Virus record (IMG/VR): IMGVR_UViG_3300048857_000051
Span: 1 to 42,281 of that record
Length of the DNA stretch: 42,281 nucleotides
Reading direction: 5' to 3' (one strand)
Origin: a virus
Lineage: Duplodnaviria; Caudoviricetes
Part shown: piece after piece, positions 7,599 through 17,456 of the stretch
Position numbering within the stretch: the stretch's first letter is position 1
How the letters are laid out: every line of letters begins with the position of its first letter
Position numbers and translations under genes: made by a program
The notes under the pieces: model-generated
What the model was told of the DNA's origin: nothing
What the model saw: only the letters and a program-made list of their open reading frames with translations
Databases searched by the model: none

Positions 7599-8351
7599 TC
7601 AGCCCGGCTCGCAGATAGCGAGGCCGTTGAATGTGTATTCGCTCATCGTGAAGGGGTTGTTGCGGTAGGCGTTGAAGCGGAGGGCCCAGGCTGTACTGGA
7701 GCCGACCAATCCCGCGCCGATGGCGAAGGTGATGGGGAAGTTTGCCTGCCCGTAGCTGTTCGCTTTCGCCCGGTTGGGCACATTGATCGGGCCAGATTGG
7801 ATGCCGCCACTCGCGTTCAGCAGATAGACCGGGCAGGTCAGCGTCGCGTCACTGGCTCCCGTCAGGCCATTCACGGTCACCTGCCCGACGATGCCGCGCG
7901 TCCGTGCCGGGATCGACACATTGAAGATGATCGTCTCGCTGGTGCTGGGGTCGAAGTTCGTGCTGGGCCAAGCGCCCGCGATGGCCTGGACGGCCATGGG
8001 AAGCCCGTCATTGTCGGCCAGCAGCAGCCGCTTCGCGAACGCCGACAGGTAGATGTATTTCGTGCCGGCGCCCCAGTTGACCGCAGACGTGCCATTCGAG
8101 CCGCCGCGCACCGTCGCACGGGTCAAGGTATTAGGCGACCCGGTAGTGTAGATGCCCTCGCACTCCTCCCACTGCGTTGGGGCAAGCGGGTCGTCCTGCA
8201 CCACGTACATGACGCGCGAACCGGAAGCGATGCCGGTCTGGGCCAGCGTGCGATAGGTCGCAGCCGCCGCGGCGCCGAGCTGATAGGTGCCGGTGCCCGT
8301 GGTAGTGGTGAGCTGAAGGACGCGATCGCCCGTCAGCAGTTGAACCCCCAT
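7599..8351 (-). CDS. Putative tail fibre / tail tip protein
   Basis: N-terminal DRV...TTTTGTGTYQLG...WE...G.Y...TLTR pattern of phage fibre anchors; TAATG overlap with the upstream gene. Confidence 0.7.
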   Translation of the reverse strand: MGVQLLTGDRVLQLTTTTGTGTYQLGAAAAATYRTLAQTGIASGSRVMYVVQDDPLAPTQWEECEGIYTTGSPNTLTRATVRGGSNGTSAVNWGAGTKYIYLSAFAKRLLLADNDGLPMAVQAIAGAWPSTNFDPSTSETIIFNVSIPARTRGIVGQVTVNGLTGASDATLTCPVYLLNASGGIQSGPINVPNRAKANSYGQANFPITFAIGAGLVGSSTAWALRFNAYRNNPFTMSEYTFNGLAICEPG

Positions 8352-9121
8352 TACAGATCCTCCTCGAAGGCGTTGCGCGCGCTAAAGCGATTGAAGCCCG
8401 GCTGCGCGGGCGAGAGCGGCGTGGTGAAGTGGCCAAACATGGCGTGCGTCATGCTCTCCAGCGGCGACAGGAAGGCTTGCCCCGTCGTGCCCACGGCCAG
8501 CGCCACGTCATCCAGAGCGGCGGCCTCGGCCGTGCTCAGCCGGGGCAAATCGAATTCGAGGGTGCGGGCCTTGGCACCGCGTTGGATGGTGCGCGCACCT
8601 GAGAGAGCCGCCCGGTCGGAGTTGCCCGTATCCAGCACGCCACGGGCCCAGCCGTAGGCAATGTTGTGCGCCGTCACGAGCGCATCGCCAGCCCAGAAGC
8701 GGCCAAGCTGCAGGTAAGGGTCGCCCGCTGCGCCGGTGATCGTCACAGTCAGGTAGCGGGCGGTCGTGCCCACAGGCAGCAGGCTCGCAGCGACGCCGCG
8801 CCGCATGTCCAGGGCCACGGTGCCGCTGTCGAAGACCTGGGAGCCGCCTGCGGTGCTCCCGGCTCGTACACGCCAGGTGGCGCCCGAGCCCGGCAGCACC
8901 CCGTCACGCGGCGCCGCGATCGCCACGACGCGCAGCGGCACGGCAGCGCCGAGGTCCGCGGAGAAGGTGTGCACAGTCGCTCCGCCCGTCGCGCTCCGCC
9001 ATACGTCAGCGATGGTCGGAGTGAGCAGCGAGCCCACACCCAACCCCATCGCCTCCGAGGACGCGGACAGGCTGACGCCCACGGCCTCGGCCGCGTTCTG
9101 CCACGACAGGACGGTGCCCAC
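8351..9121 (-). CDS. Tail tip structural protein (distal-tail-like)
   Basis: Position after the hub-like gene; YLQLGRFWAG...NIAYGW; ends FEEDL. Confidence 0.65.
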   Translation of the reverse strand: MGTVLSWQNAAEAVGVSLSASSEAMGLGVGSLLTPTIADVWRSATGGATVHTFSADLGAAVPLRVVAIAAPRDGVLPGSGATWRVRAGSTAGGSQVFDSGTVALDMRRGVAASLLPVGTTARYLTVTITGAAGDPYLQLGRFWAGDALVTAHNIAYGWARGVLDTGNSDRAALSGARTIQRGAKARTLEFDLPRLSTAEAAALDDVALAVGTTGQAFLSPLESMTHAMFGHFTTPLSPAQPGFNRFSARNAFEEDL

Positions 9122-9124
9122 GGT

Positions 9125-10837
9125 CTACCCCCAGAGGTCCAATGTCAGGCGGTCCCCGCGCGCGGAGACGCCCCGAAGAACAAGTGTCTTGCCGTCGCGA
9201 AGGGCCGCGATCCCCGGCCAGGTCAGCCGCACCAACTGCCCCGGCTCCATGACAGACCAGAACCGCCATGCCTGATCGGCCCGTATGGAGACCTGCCAAG
9301 CCCGCCGGGCGGCGCCGAAGAGTTCCATCAGCCGCGTCGAGTAGGCGCCGGCATCCGCCGCATCATCGAAGGCGCTCTCCACCAGCGGCCCATCCGTAGC
9401 GCCGGGAAAGGCGCTCTGCACGTCCGGGTCATAGGCGGTGTCCACCTGATAGGGCTGCCCGTAGAGCGCCCGGTTCACATCGCTGACGCTGCCCGCCAGG
9501 TCTTCGCCCGTTTGGACGGTGCCGAGCACCTGATAGGCCACCCGCACCCGCCACCAGGGCGCCTGCGCCGCCTCCACCTCTTGCGGCGGGCTGGAGAGCA
9601 TCCAGGGCTCCAGCAGGATGGACGGGCCGCCAAGCTCGGGCGGAACCAGCGCGGAGCCCCTGAACCGCCCCGCCGTGTCTGCGCCCCACCAGCCACCGAC
9701 GCCGCCGGCCAGGGCATCCAGCGCGCCAGCCACGGTCATGCCGGTGGCATCCAGCCGCACCTCGCCCGCCGGCCAGTCGTAGAAGGAGGTTGCCTGCGCG
9801 CGCTCCGGCGTGATGCCACCGGGAACCCGCAGCAGGTGCTCTGCGATCGAGGCGGCCGTGTTAAGATAGCCCCAACCGTCCGGCGCCGCGCCGCGGAAAT
9901 CCACCGTCAGGGATGAGGTGGTGCTGCCGAGGCGGATGAAGCCCAAGGCAAGGCAGGTGATGTAGGTCCCAGCCGCGGGCACCGCTGCCGCGAAGCTGCC
10001 CCAGGAGCCGTAGTCGCCGGCGAAGCTGTAGGCGCCGCCTCGGCCGCGAACGGCCAAGACTGCGCTGATCCGGCCATCGTTCATCTGGTACGCGAGCAGC
10101 CCAGGGTGCACCAGCACGCCACTGGCATTCCGGTGGATGCCATACCGGACGGGCTTGTCCTGCCCCGTCATAGCCTCCGTGCCGTCCGCCCCGCCCGTGC
10201 CGCCATAGGTCGCCGACACCGGCATGGTCAGCTCTGCGGCCGCGCTCGCCAGCGGCAGACGAAGCCGCCCCGTACCCTGCGCCAGGCGCGCGATGCGGAA
10301 GGTGCCGATGGTCGCGAACTCGGACCGGGCAGCGCGAACGGGGGAGCGGTAGGGCCCGCGCAGGATTTCCAGGGTCCGACCGGCCAAGCGCCAGTCTGTG
10401 GTCAGTGCGTCAAGCCCCCCGTCGCCATTCGCCAGGAAGATCTCGCCGCCGCTGACTTCAGCCCGACGCGCTCCGCCTGGATAAATCGGAATTGTCCGCT
10501 CCAAGGCCGGCGCCTCGATCAGCCGCCCAGGCCAACGCTCATTCGGCGCGTCCGGGTCGGTCGGCTCCCCGATCCAGCCGCGGTCGCTGTAGCGCAGGGT
10601 CGGGATGCCCACATCAGTACTGGGCGGCAGCGCGAAGGCGGCCACCGGCAAGGCGGCGACCATGCCGAAAGGCGCGGGGACAGGCGGGCCCGCCGCCGCC
10701 CCCTGAAGGGCAATAGCCCAGACCGGATCGACCGCCCCCTGCCCCACCCGCACCGTGCCCGGATCGGGCGCGGCAATGTCCGGGCGCCAGAGGGCGGCGA
10801 CCGGAGCGGATGCGAGTGGGGCGAGGCCGAGTGTCAT
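9125..10837 (-). CDS. Tail tip / baseplate hub-like protein
   Basis: 570 aa, downstream of the TMP; YGGTGGADG...KPVRYG pattern. Confidence 0.7.
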   Translation of the reverse strand: MTLGLAPLASAPVAALWRPDIAAPDPGTVRVGQGAVDPVWAIALQGAAAGPPVPAPFGMVAALPVAAFALPPSTDVGIPTLRYSDRGWIGEPTDPDAPNERWPGRLIEAPALERTIPIYPGGARRAEVSGGEIFLANGDGGLDALTTDWRLAGRTLEILRGPYRSPVRAARSEFATIGTFRIARLAQGTGRLRLPLASAAAELTMPVSATYGGTGGADGTEAMTGQDKPVRYGIHRNASGVLVHPGLLAYQMNDGRISAVLAVRGRGGAYSFAGDYGSWGSFAAAVPAAGTYITCLALGFIRLGSTTSSLTVDFRGAAPDGWGYLNTAASIAEHLLRVPGGITPERAQATSFYDWPAGEVRLDATGMTVAGALDALAGGVGGWWGADTAGRFRGSALVPPELGGPSILLEPWMLSSPPQEVEAAQAPWWRVRVAYQVLGTVQTGEDLAGSVSDVNRALYGQPYQVDTAYDPDVQSAFPGATDGPLVESAFDDAADAGAYSTRLMELFGAARRAWQVSIRADQAWRFWSVMEPGQLVRLTWPGIAALRDGKTLVLRGVSARGDRLTLDLWG

Positions 10838-11109
10838 GCGGCCGTGCGGAGGCGGTAGGTACGGAACTCAGCGCGAAGAGCCGCAATCTCATCTTGCAGG
10901 GACTGGTGCCGAGCTGCTTCGAGGCTCTGTGCCGCTACGAGACGGTCGACGGATGCACTCAGTTTGTCGCCAAACTGCGGAAGGCTGAGATCCACGCTAA
11001 GGCTGCGCATTTGGTTCAGCACGACGCTGCGGATCTTCTCGATGAGCGCAGCGGCCTCTCCGGCTCCCACCACCTCTAGCCGCAGTGTCACCGTCCGAGG
11101 TTCATCCAT
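10834..11109 (-). CDS. Mini tape-measure paralog (TMP N-terminus fused to TMP C-terminus); alternative start 11130
   Basis: Last 66 aa are 37/66 identical without gaps to the TMP C-terminus; first 24 aa are 8/24 identical to the TMP N-terminus; gagggag RBS before ATG 11109. Confidence 0.8.
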   Translation of the reverse strand: MDEPRTVTLRLEVVGAGEAAALIEKIRSVVLNQMRSLSVDLSLPQFGDKLSASVDRLVAAQSLEAARHQSLQDEIAALRAEFRTYRLRTAA

Positions 11110-11126
11110 CGTCCGCTCTCCCTCAA

Positions 11127-14100
11127 TCATGCCGCATTCCTCAGCCGATAGGTTCGGAACTCTTCCCGCAGGATCCTGATTTCCTCTGCTAGCGCCTGAT
11201 TGGCCGCCACCTGATCCGTCTGGCTCGTGATGAGCCGCGTCACGTTGTCCTCGAACCGGTCCGAGAACTGCGGCAGCCCGAGATCCACACCGAGCGACTT
11301 CACCTGACCCAGCACGCCGGACCGGATCATCGCCCCCTGCGCACCGTCCCCATAGAAGGCACTGCTGGCGCTCAGCAGGTTCTGCGCGGCACCCGTAACG
11401 CGCCCAAGGTCCGCCGTCTCGGCACTGGAGGCGCGGGCGCGCTCCAAGGCCTCAGCGTACTGCGACTGCGCCGCCAGGAAGGCCGACTGCGGGCTGGTTG
11501 CCCCACTGGTGGCCTGATCGTCCAGGAACGACTGCAGGATGCCGCCCTGCTGCGAGAGGGTCTGCAGCGCACTTGCCTCCGCGGAGAGGCGCGTCGACGC
11601 CTCCTGAGCCGCGGCGGCGGCCTGCTGCGCCTTTGCTGCCTCGGTCTGCTCGATGACCGACTGCCGCTGCAGATCCTTCATCTCGTCAAAGGCCCGCGTC
11701 GCGACCTCGATCTGTTCCGCGCCGAAGCCCATCTGCTTGATCTGTTCGGCCATCGCCGTGTAGTCGGCCGTGCGCTGCAGGTCGAACTGCGTAAGCTGCA
11801 TCCGCAGCACGGTGTCGGGATCGCCGCGAAGTTGGGCGGACGTGAAGTCGAAGCCCGCCACTATCTGGTTGAACTGCAGGCTCCGCGCATCGTTGAGCGC
11901 GCCAAGCATTTCGCCCAGCCGGTCCTGAATGGGCTCGACCGCCAAGCCGTACTCTCGCGCCCGCTCGATCAGCGGCCCCCACTCATCCCAGAGGCCCTTG
12001 ACCTGCTGCGCGTACTGGCTCGCCTGATCCTCCGCCTGCGCGAAGGCATCATAGACCGTCTTGGTCCAGTCTAGCGCCTCAAGCAGTCGGTCCGGATCGC
12101 CCGTGCCGACCGTGGCATAGGTGGTGGCCAGGCTGCCGGTGAGCTGTCCGCCATTCGTTTCGAGAATGATCCTCGTCGCCTGCTTGAGCAGGTCCGCAAC
12201 GCCGGCCTCGTCGTGCGAGAAGTCATAGTCCGTGGAGCCGTTCCGGAGCACCAGACCGTCACGCGAGCCTGCGGAGACCAGCATGGCGCCGTTAGCGGTG
12301 ATGCCGTAGGTGGACCCGATCTTGTCGGCGAGATCCTGGATCGCGCGACCCACATTCATCGCACTGTCGCGGTTCTCCTGGCTGAACCGGTCGCCGCCAA
12401 GCCCGCCCTCCGTCGTCTCGTTCGTGCTCAGGTTGACGAAGGATGTACCGGTGCGGTCGGACGGCTTCTGCGCCGGGAGCATCATGGCGACGATGGCCGC
12501 AATCACCGCGACGTAAGGGGCGACGGCCGCCACAGCACCGAGTGCCGCGGTAGCCCCTGCGCCGATGCCAAGCGCCCCCGCGCTGCCTGCCGCGAGGCCT
12601 GCGCCGCCGCCAATGACGCCAGCCGCGCCGCCGACGACGTTGGCCGCGCCCTTCGGGCCGCCCTGCTGGATGCCTTGGTAGATGCCGAACGCGCCGCCGG
12701 CCACAGACAAGCCACCAAGAGCGGCCTGCCCATATGTCAGGCTGTTGACGCCGCCGCCGCTTACGGTGAAGCCGGTGCCAGGGCTGGCCGCGCTATATGG
12801 ACCGTACATGGCACCCTCGGTCGCGCCATAAACGGGCTTGTCGAGAAAGCCACCGATGCCACCGCCTGGGGTCGACCCGATAAAGCGGTCTGCGCTTGCG
12901 ACATACCCGCTCTGGAACGAGTAGCCGGGCGACATCATGCCCATGCCGCCGTCGAACAGGCCGCCCAGCGTCTTGCCGGCGTAGGCGTTCTGCGCGTAGC
13001 CGACGATATTACCCTGGGCGTCGGTGACCGGCGTGGCGCCCGCGCCCGCAGCGGCAGCCGTGCTGAAGACAGCGCCAGCACCGCCCATAGCCCCACCGCC
13101 GGTGCTACCGACGAACTGCTGCACCATTGGCATGATGATCGGGCGCGCTGCCGCCTCAAACGCGATCTTGGCGAAGGTCGCAATCGCCACACGCTCGAGG
13201 TTATCCATCGTGCGCTTCCAGCCGCCCTCAGTGTCGAGGAACAGGTCCGCGAACGCGTTGCCCGCGTAGTCGGTGATCCGTTCGTAGGTCGCCTCGGCCT
13301 TGCGCTGCTGGCTTTCGTAAGCCTGCGTCGCAATGCGAGTGGCCTCGTCGGTACGCTTCTTGACTTGATCGGGGTGCTGGCCGGCGGCGCGCAGAACGCG
13401 CTCCGCCTCGTTCATGCCGCGCTCGTCTGAGGAAGTGACAGCAAGCAGGCCCGAGCGGGTCATCTGGAGTTCGGCATAGATCCGACGCTCAAGGTCGATT
13501 GCGGCAAGCCGCTCCTTGGCTGCCTCGGCATCCTCGCGGCGGGCGGCTGCACGGCCTGCGGTCGCCTCCTTGCGGGCGTCCGCCTCGCGCTGGCGAACCG
13601 CGTCCACCTGATTGGCGAGCGCAGCCTGGGCGGTGGCTTCCTCGGTCCGGAGGCGAACTGCCTCGGTCCGCGCCGCCGCAAGCCGCTGGGTTGCTTCGGC
13701 GCCGCCGACATTGGCGTCCTTGAGCGCCTTTTCCAGCTTCGCCACGTCCTGTTCGACGCGGCTGGCAATCTGGGCCTGGGCAGTCTGGCGCCGCTGCTCT
13801 TCGGTGAACGCCTGCGTTCCGCCCCGCTGCAGCGCCTCTTGCTGCGCGCGGAGCCGCTTGAGGCTCTCTTCGACGTCCTCGAACGGGTTGGCCACGCGCT
13901 GCTGCGCCAAGGCCATCAGCCGCTGCCGGGTGGCGTCGAGAGCGGTGTTCAGCCCGCCCACCTGGCCAGCCGTGGTTCCAGCCGCCGTGCCGACCGTGGC
14001 GACGCCAGTAGCCGCTCCGCCGGATGCCTGTTCGATCAGGCGCAGTTGCTCGGCGTTCGCGCGGGCCTTGTCGCCCGCCTCGGTCAATGGGCCGATCTGC

Positions 14101-14936
14101 TTCAGAAGCTCGTCACGGACCGCCCCGAGCGAAGAGGAGAAGGGGCCATTGGCGCGGGCCGCCTCGTCCAGCGCGCCGGCCACCGCCAGCACCCGCTCGC
14201 GGGTGATAGAGGCAATGTCGTTCAGCGCCGTGAGCTGGTCGAGTGCCGCCTGTTCCTGCCCGGACGGGGCCTCACCTGCCCCGGAGGCGGCAGCCTGCGC
14301 CGCACCACGTACGGAACCGATGCCGAAAATGCCAGCATCAACCGAGCCCAGCCTCGATCGCGCGGAGCGGTCATTCTGGCTGCGCTCGCTTGAGAGCCGC
14401 GCCCGCTCACCAGCGAGCGCCTGTGCATTGTACTCGCGATAGGCCGCCGCCAGGGCATTGAGGCGGTTGGCCTCTTCTTCCAGCCCAGAGACGCGGCGCT
14501 TCGCCGCTTCGTCTGCCAGGCGGGATGAGGCGTCTATCTCCTTGAAAACGTCCGCAAGCTCTTTGCCGGTAAGGGCCGCAATCCCGAGCTGGGCTGCAAA
14601 GGCGCCCATGGTGATCGCCGCGCCCGCAATCATGCCGGCCGGGCCGAACAGACTGGCAATCTGCGGCCCCTGCTGCCCTAGGATCGTGAGGGCATTCGTG
14701 CCCATCTGGGCCTGAACGGCCACGTCCTGAAGCTGAAGGCCGAGGCCGCCGAGGTTCTGCCGAAGGGTTGACGCGCCCGCCGAGGCGGTCGCCATGCCTC
14801 GGCTGGAACGCTGCACCGCATCGTCCAGCCGCTTGAGGGCGGCTTCGCCCGCTGGGCCAAGGGCTTCGAGGTCCGCGCGGACCTTCTCGGCGCCGGCCGT
14901 GGAGAGCGTCAAAACGATGTTGCGGCTGCCGCTCAT
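11127..14936 (-). CDS. Tail tape measure protein
   Basis: 1269 aa, Ala/Gly-rich and helical; QLQDVAVQAQMG...QQGPQIASLFGP lambda-family TMP N-terminal motif; AGGAGG RBS. Confidence 0.93.
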   Translation of the reverse strand: MSGSRNIVLTLSTAGAEKVRADLEALGPAGEAALKRLDDAVQRSSRGMATASAGASTLRQNLGGLGLQLQDVAVQAQMGTNALTILGQQGPQIASLFGPAGMIAGAAITMGAFAAQLGIAALTGKELADVFKEIDASSRLADEAAKRRVSGLEEEANRLNALAAAYREYNAQALAGERARLSSERSQNDRSARSRLGSVDAGIFGIGSVRGAAQAAASGAGEAPSGQEQAALDQLTALNDIASITRERVLAVAGALDEAARANGPFSSSLGAVRDELLKQIGPLTEAGDKARANAEQLRLIEQASGGAATGVATVGTAAGTTAGQVGGLNTALDATRQRLMALAQQRVANPFEDVEESLKRLRAQQEALQRGGTQAFTEEQRRQTAQAQIASRVEQDVAKLEKALKDANVGGAEATQRLAAARTEAVRLRTEEATAQAALANQVDAVRQREADARKEATAGRAAARREDAEAAKERLAAIDLERRIYAELQMTRSGLLAVTSSDERGMNEAERVLRAAGQHPDQVKKRTDEATRIATQAYESQQRKAEATYERITDYAGNAFADLFLDTEGGWKRTMDNLERVAIATFAKIAFEAAARPIIMPMVQQFVGSTGGGAMGGAGAVFSTAAAAGAGATPVTDAQGNIVGYAQNAYAGKTLGGLFDGGMGMMSPGYSFQSGYVASADRFIGSTPGGGIGGFLDKPVYGATEGAMYGPYSAASPGTGFTVSGGGVNSLTYGQAALGGLSVAGGAFGIYQGIQQGGPKGAANVVGGAAGVIGGGAGLAAGSAGALGIGAGATAALGAVAAVAPYVAVIAAIVAMMLPAQKPSDRTGTSFVNLSTNETTEGGLGGDRFSQENRDSAMNVGRAIQDLADKIGSTYGITANGAMLVSAGSRDGLVLRNGSTDYDFSHDEAGVADLLKQATRIILETNGGQLTGSLATTYATVGTGDPDRLLEALDWTKTVYDAFAQAEDQASQYAQQVKGLWDEWGPLIERAREYGLAVEPIQDRLGEMLGALNDARSLQFNQIVAGFDFTSAQLRGDPDTVLRMQLTQFDLQRTADYTAMAEQIKQMGFGAEQIEVATRAFDEMKDLQRQSVIEQTEAAKAQQAAAAAQEASTRLSAEASALQTLSQQGGILQSFLDDQATSGATSPQSAFLAAQSQYAEALERARASSAETADLGRVTGAAQNLLSASSAFYGDGAQGAMIRSGVLGQVKSLGVDLGLPQFSDRFEDNVTRLITSQTDQVAANQALAEEIRILREEFRTYRLRNAA

Positions 14937-15002
14937 TCACGCCCTCCTTTCTGAATTGGTGCTGATGCGGCAGGATCGTCCTCCCTGAAGAGGAAGATCG
15001 TC

Positions 15003-15746
15003 TTGCGCCGGATCGCTATTGCCTTGTTTCTGCTGACCTCAGGATGCGCCACCGCGAACATCGAAAGATCGACCCGGAATGAGGTGGCAGTCGCTACCGA
15101 GGCCCGAGACGAGCGGGTAAACTGGGCATCCAACGTGCGTGTCAGGGCTCAGCAGGTCTTTGTCCCATCTCGTGCTGATGGACAGGACGAGTTTTGCTCA
15201 ACGAGCCCGACGTTCTTCGGCGATAGCATCAGGCCTATGCCGATGTGCTTCCGCGACACAGACGGCCGGGGCCGCTTCAACCGTGCCTACACCGTCCGGG
15301 AAAGGCGTGACGGCGGGATCGAGGTGAACATCCCCTACACGTTGGTGGCTTTCCCCTGCTCGTCCTGTGCAGTGCCAAGCGCCGATCTGACCCGGATCAG
15401 TGACCCTCAGACGTTGGCCGAGCAGTCTATCGCGCCGCAGCAGTTGCGACCCTATGTGCAACTCGCTTTAAGCAATTCTCCAGATGTCGACGCCGCAATT
15501 GAGCGGTCCAGCCTCCCGGACAAGGCTGCTGCCAGGGGTGCCGTCGCCCTCGCCGCCCGGGAGGTCCGGGACCGCCGCGCGGTAGCAATCTGCAGCGCGC
15601 AGAACCCGGGCGGCGGTGCCGCCATGCTCGGTCTCATAGGCGCCATAGCGACGATTGCTGGAGGTGCTAGCGAGCGCAGCTGCATGGATGAGTACATCCG
15701 GACCGGCGCGATGCCTGTCCCGCCTGCTCCTCAGCAGCCGCTTTAG
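15003..15746 (+). CDS. Putative lipoprotein (moron) antisense to the tail operon
   Basis: MRRIAIALFLLTSG-C signal peptide with lipobox-like Cys; TTG start with gagg upstream. Confidence 0.7.
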   Translation: MRRIAIALFLLTSGCATANIERSTRNEVAVATEARDERVNWASNVRVRAQQVFVPSRADGQDEFCSTSPTFFGDSIRPMPMCFRDTDGRGRFNRAYTVRERRDGGIEVNIPYTLVAFPCSSCAVPSADLTRISDPQTLAEQSIAPQQLRPYVQLALSNSPDVDAAIERSSLPDKAAARGAVALAAREVRDRRAVAICSAQNPGGGAAMLGLIGAIATIAGGASERSCMDEYIRTGAMPVPPAPQQPL

Positions 15747-16099
15747 TCCGCCTCAACCGAGGGTTCGGCCCCTTCCCGGTCCTTCCGGTCAAGGGTGCCG
15801 AGCCTTATGCCCTCGGCGCACGCCGCAAGGAGCGTCGCGGCTGTCGCCGGTTCCACCCCCATGCCGGTCGCCAAAGCAATGGCGCCGGCCACGTCAACCT
15901 CAGCGCCCGCCATCCCGCCACGGATGCAGGCCCTTACTGCAGCCTCGCAGGCTGTCCCGGCTTCGGTTTCCGGCGCATGGACGGTGCCAGGGCAGGCGGC
16001 GCAACGGGCGGTGTCTCCTGCGGAGTAGCCGGGGCAGCCGGTGCAGTACTCGGGTCCGCCGCTGTACCGCCAACGGTGGATTTCCCGGAGCCGTTTCCC
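15743..16099 (-). CDS. Tail assembly chaperone, frameshifted C-terminal extension (gpT-like)
   Basis: -1 frame open from the slippery site: KRLREIHRWRYSGGPEYCTGC...CAACP; no own RBS or start. Confidence 0.75.
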   Translation of the reverse strand, partial: GKRLREIHRWRYSGGPEYCTGCPGYSAGDTARCAACPGTVHAPETEAGTACEAAVRACIRGGMAGAEVDVAGAIALATGMGVEPATAATLLAACAEGIRLGTLDRKDREGAEPSVEAD

Positions 16100-16491
16100 T
16101 CCGTCACCACGGCCTGAACAGGCGCCTCGTAGGCGTTGAGGAAGTTCATTCCCGCCACCGGGTGAGAGGCAAAGGCGTCGAGATTGTCCGACGTGATCGG
16201 CAAAGGGGCGCCATCTTCGCCGACGATCCCCTCCCACTCCACGATCCGCTCAGCCAGGGCACGGATACGCGCTGCAGTGAAGGCGCCTTCCAGCACCCCT
16301 ACCTGGGCATCGTCCGGAACCTCGTCGTCCCCGATGCCGGCGGAGATACGCGCCTCGGCCGCCGCCTTCATGGCGCGGTAGCCGGCCGCGCGCATAACGG
16401 CCACGTCCAGCGGCGGCACTTTCACCCGGACGCCAGGCTCGATGACGTTGAGCCAGATCGGCTCCTTGGAAGTCCGAAGGGTCAGGCTCAT
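15934..16491 (-). CDS. Tail assembly chaperone (gpG-like)
   Basis: Between tail tube and TMP; IVEWEGIVGEDGAPLP motif. Confidence 0.85.
   Translation of the reverse strand: MSLTLRTSKEPIWLNVIEPGVRVKVPPLDVAVMRAAGYRAMKAAAEARISAGIGDDEVPDDAQVGVLEGAFTAARIRALAERIVEWEGIVGEDGAPLPITSDNLDAFASHPVAGMNFLNAYEAPVQAVVTEGNGSGKSTVGGTAADPSTAPAAPATPQETPPVAPPALAPSMRRKPKPGQPARLQ
16093..16099 (-). promoter_or_regulatory. Programmed -1 ribosomal frameshift site G GGA AAC
   Basis: XXXYYYZ heptamer in the correct phase of the 16491 frame; a -1 slip enters the ORF ending at 15743. Confidence 0.8.
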
Positions 16492-17441
16492 GCGGTGTAG
16501 CTCGCCACCTGGGTCTTGAAGGTCACCTGCATCAGGCAGCCTGCCGTCATGTCGTAGGCTGCCTGCCAGGACACGGGCAGTTCAATGCCGCCCGGCCCGT
16601 TCACTCCGACACGAGGCCGGGACAGGAAAACGCGGGGGAACAGGAACGCGACCGACTTGGTCGCCGTGATGCTGAAGCCGTACTCCAGACTGCACGGCGT
16701 GCCGGCAATGGCCTGGGTGCTGATCGAGTTGTCCGAGAAGCGCATGCGCAGATCACCGCCAGCGCTCGTGCTGCCCTCGTCCACCGCCTCTAAGCGGTTG
16801 TCTGCGCGGATGGTGCGAACCCCGGTCATGCCGTTGCTATAATTGAGGGAGCCACCCGTCACCTTGGCGAGGGTGACCCCGTCCTTTTTCACGCTGCCGG
16901 TCGGCTTCATGAAACGCTGAAACTGTGTGACCACCGGCGTCCCGGCTGCCGTCACGGTGCCGGCCGTCTCGCTGAGGCCGAGGAGGCCGATGGTCGCATT
17001 CGCCGGACCGGTCGGGCTCAGATCCGTGATCGCGAGCGTGTTGGCCTTCACTCCCAGATAGTCGAAGAAGGACGGGACCGCCGGAAAGGCCTTCTCCATC
17101 GTGTAATTCGGGAGCGTCGCAGCGCCGCTCTTGAACACGTGGGTGTAATCGGTCGTACCGCTCACGGTCGGGGCGCCAAGCAGCATGTGGAGCCATCGGC
17201 CGAAGTGGACCGTGTCCATCGGCACGACCGCGTTGCCGCCGACCTCCAAGCCTTCGAGGTACGGGTCGCCACCGTCCCGCCCGATGCCCGCGCTCAGAAC
17301 ATCATCGCGGCCGAGCGCCTGGGAGGCGCCAAGATCGAAGGACAGGACCGGCACCTGGTTGAAGTTGCCGGTGGCCTGCGTCTCGGCGTTCGTCTGCGCC
17401 TTCAGATAGAGCTTGAAATCGGAGCCGCGTGCGTCGGCCAT
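16488..17441 (-). CDS. Major tail (tube) protein
   Basis: 317 aa; YTHVFKSG, YLGVKANTL, GPGGIE...WQA; position after the terminator gene. Confidence 0.88.
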   Translation of the reverse strand: MADARGSDFKLYLKAQTNAETQATGNFNQVPVLSFDLGASQALGRDDVLSAGIGRDGGDPYLEGLEVGGNAVVPMDTVHFGRWLHMLLGAPTVSGTTDYTHVFKSGAATLPNYTMEKAFPAVPSFFDYLGVKANTLAITDLSPTGPANATIGLLGLSETAGTVTAAGTPVVTQFQRFMKPTGSVKKDGVTLAKVTGGSLNYSNGMTGVRTIRADNRLEAVDEGSTSAGGDLRMRFSDNSISTQAIAGTPCSLEYGFSITATKSVAFLFPRVFLSRPRVGVNGPGGIELPVSWQAAYDMTAGCLMQVTFKTQVASYTA

Positions 17442-17456
17442 GGGGTATGTCTCCTC

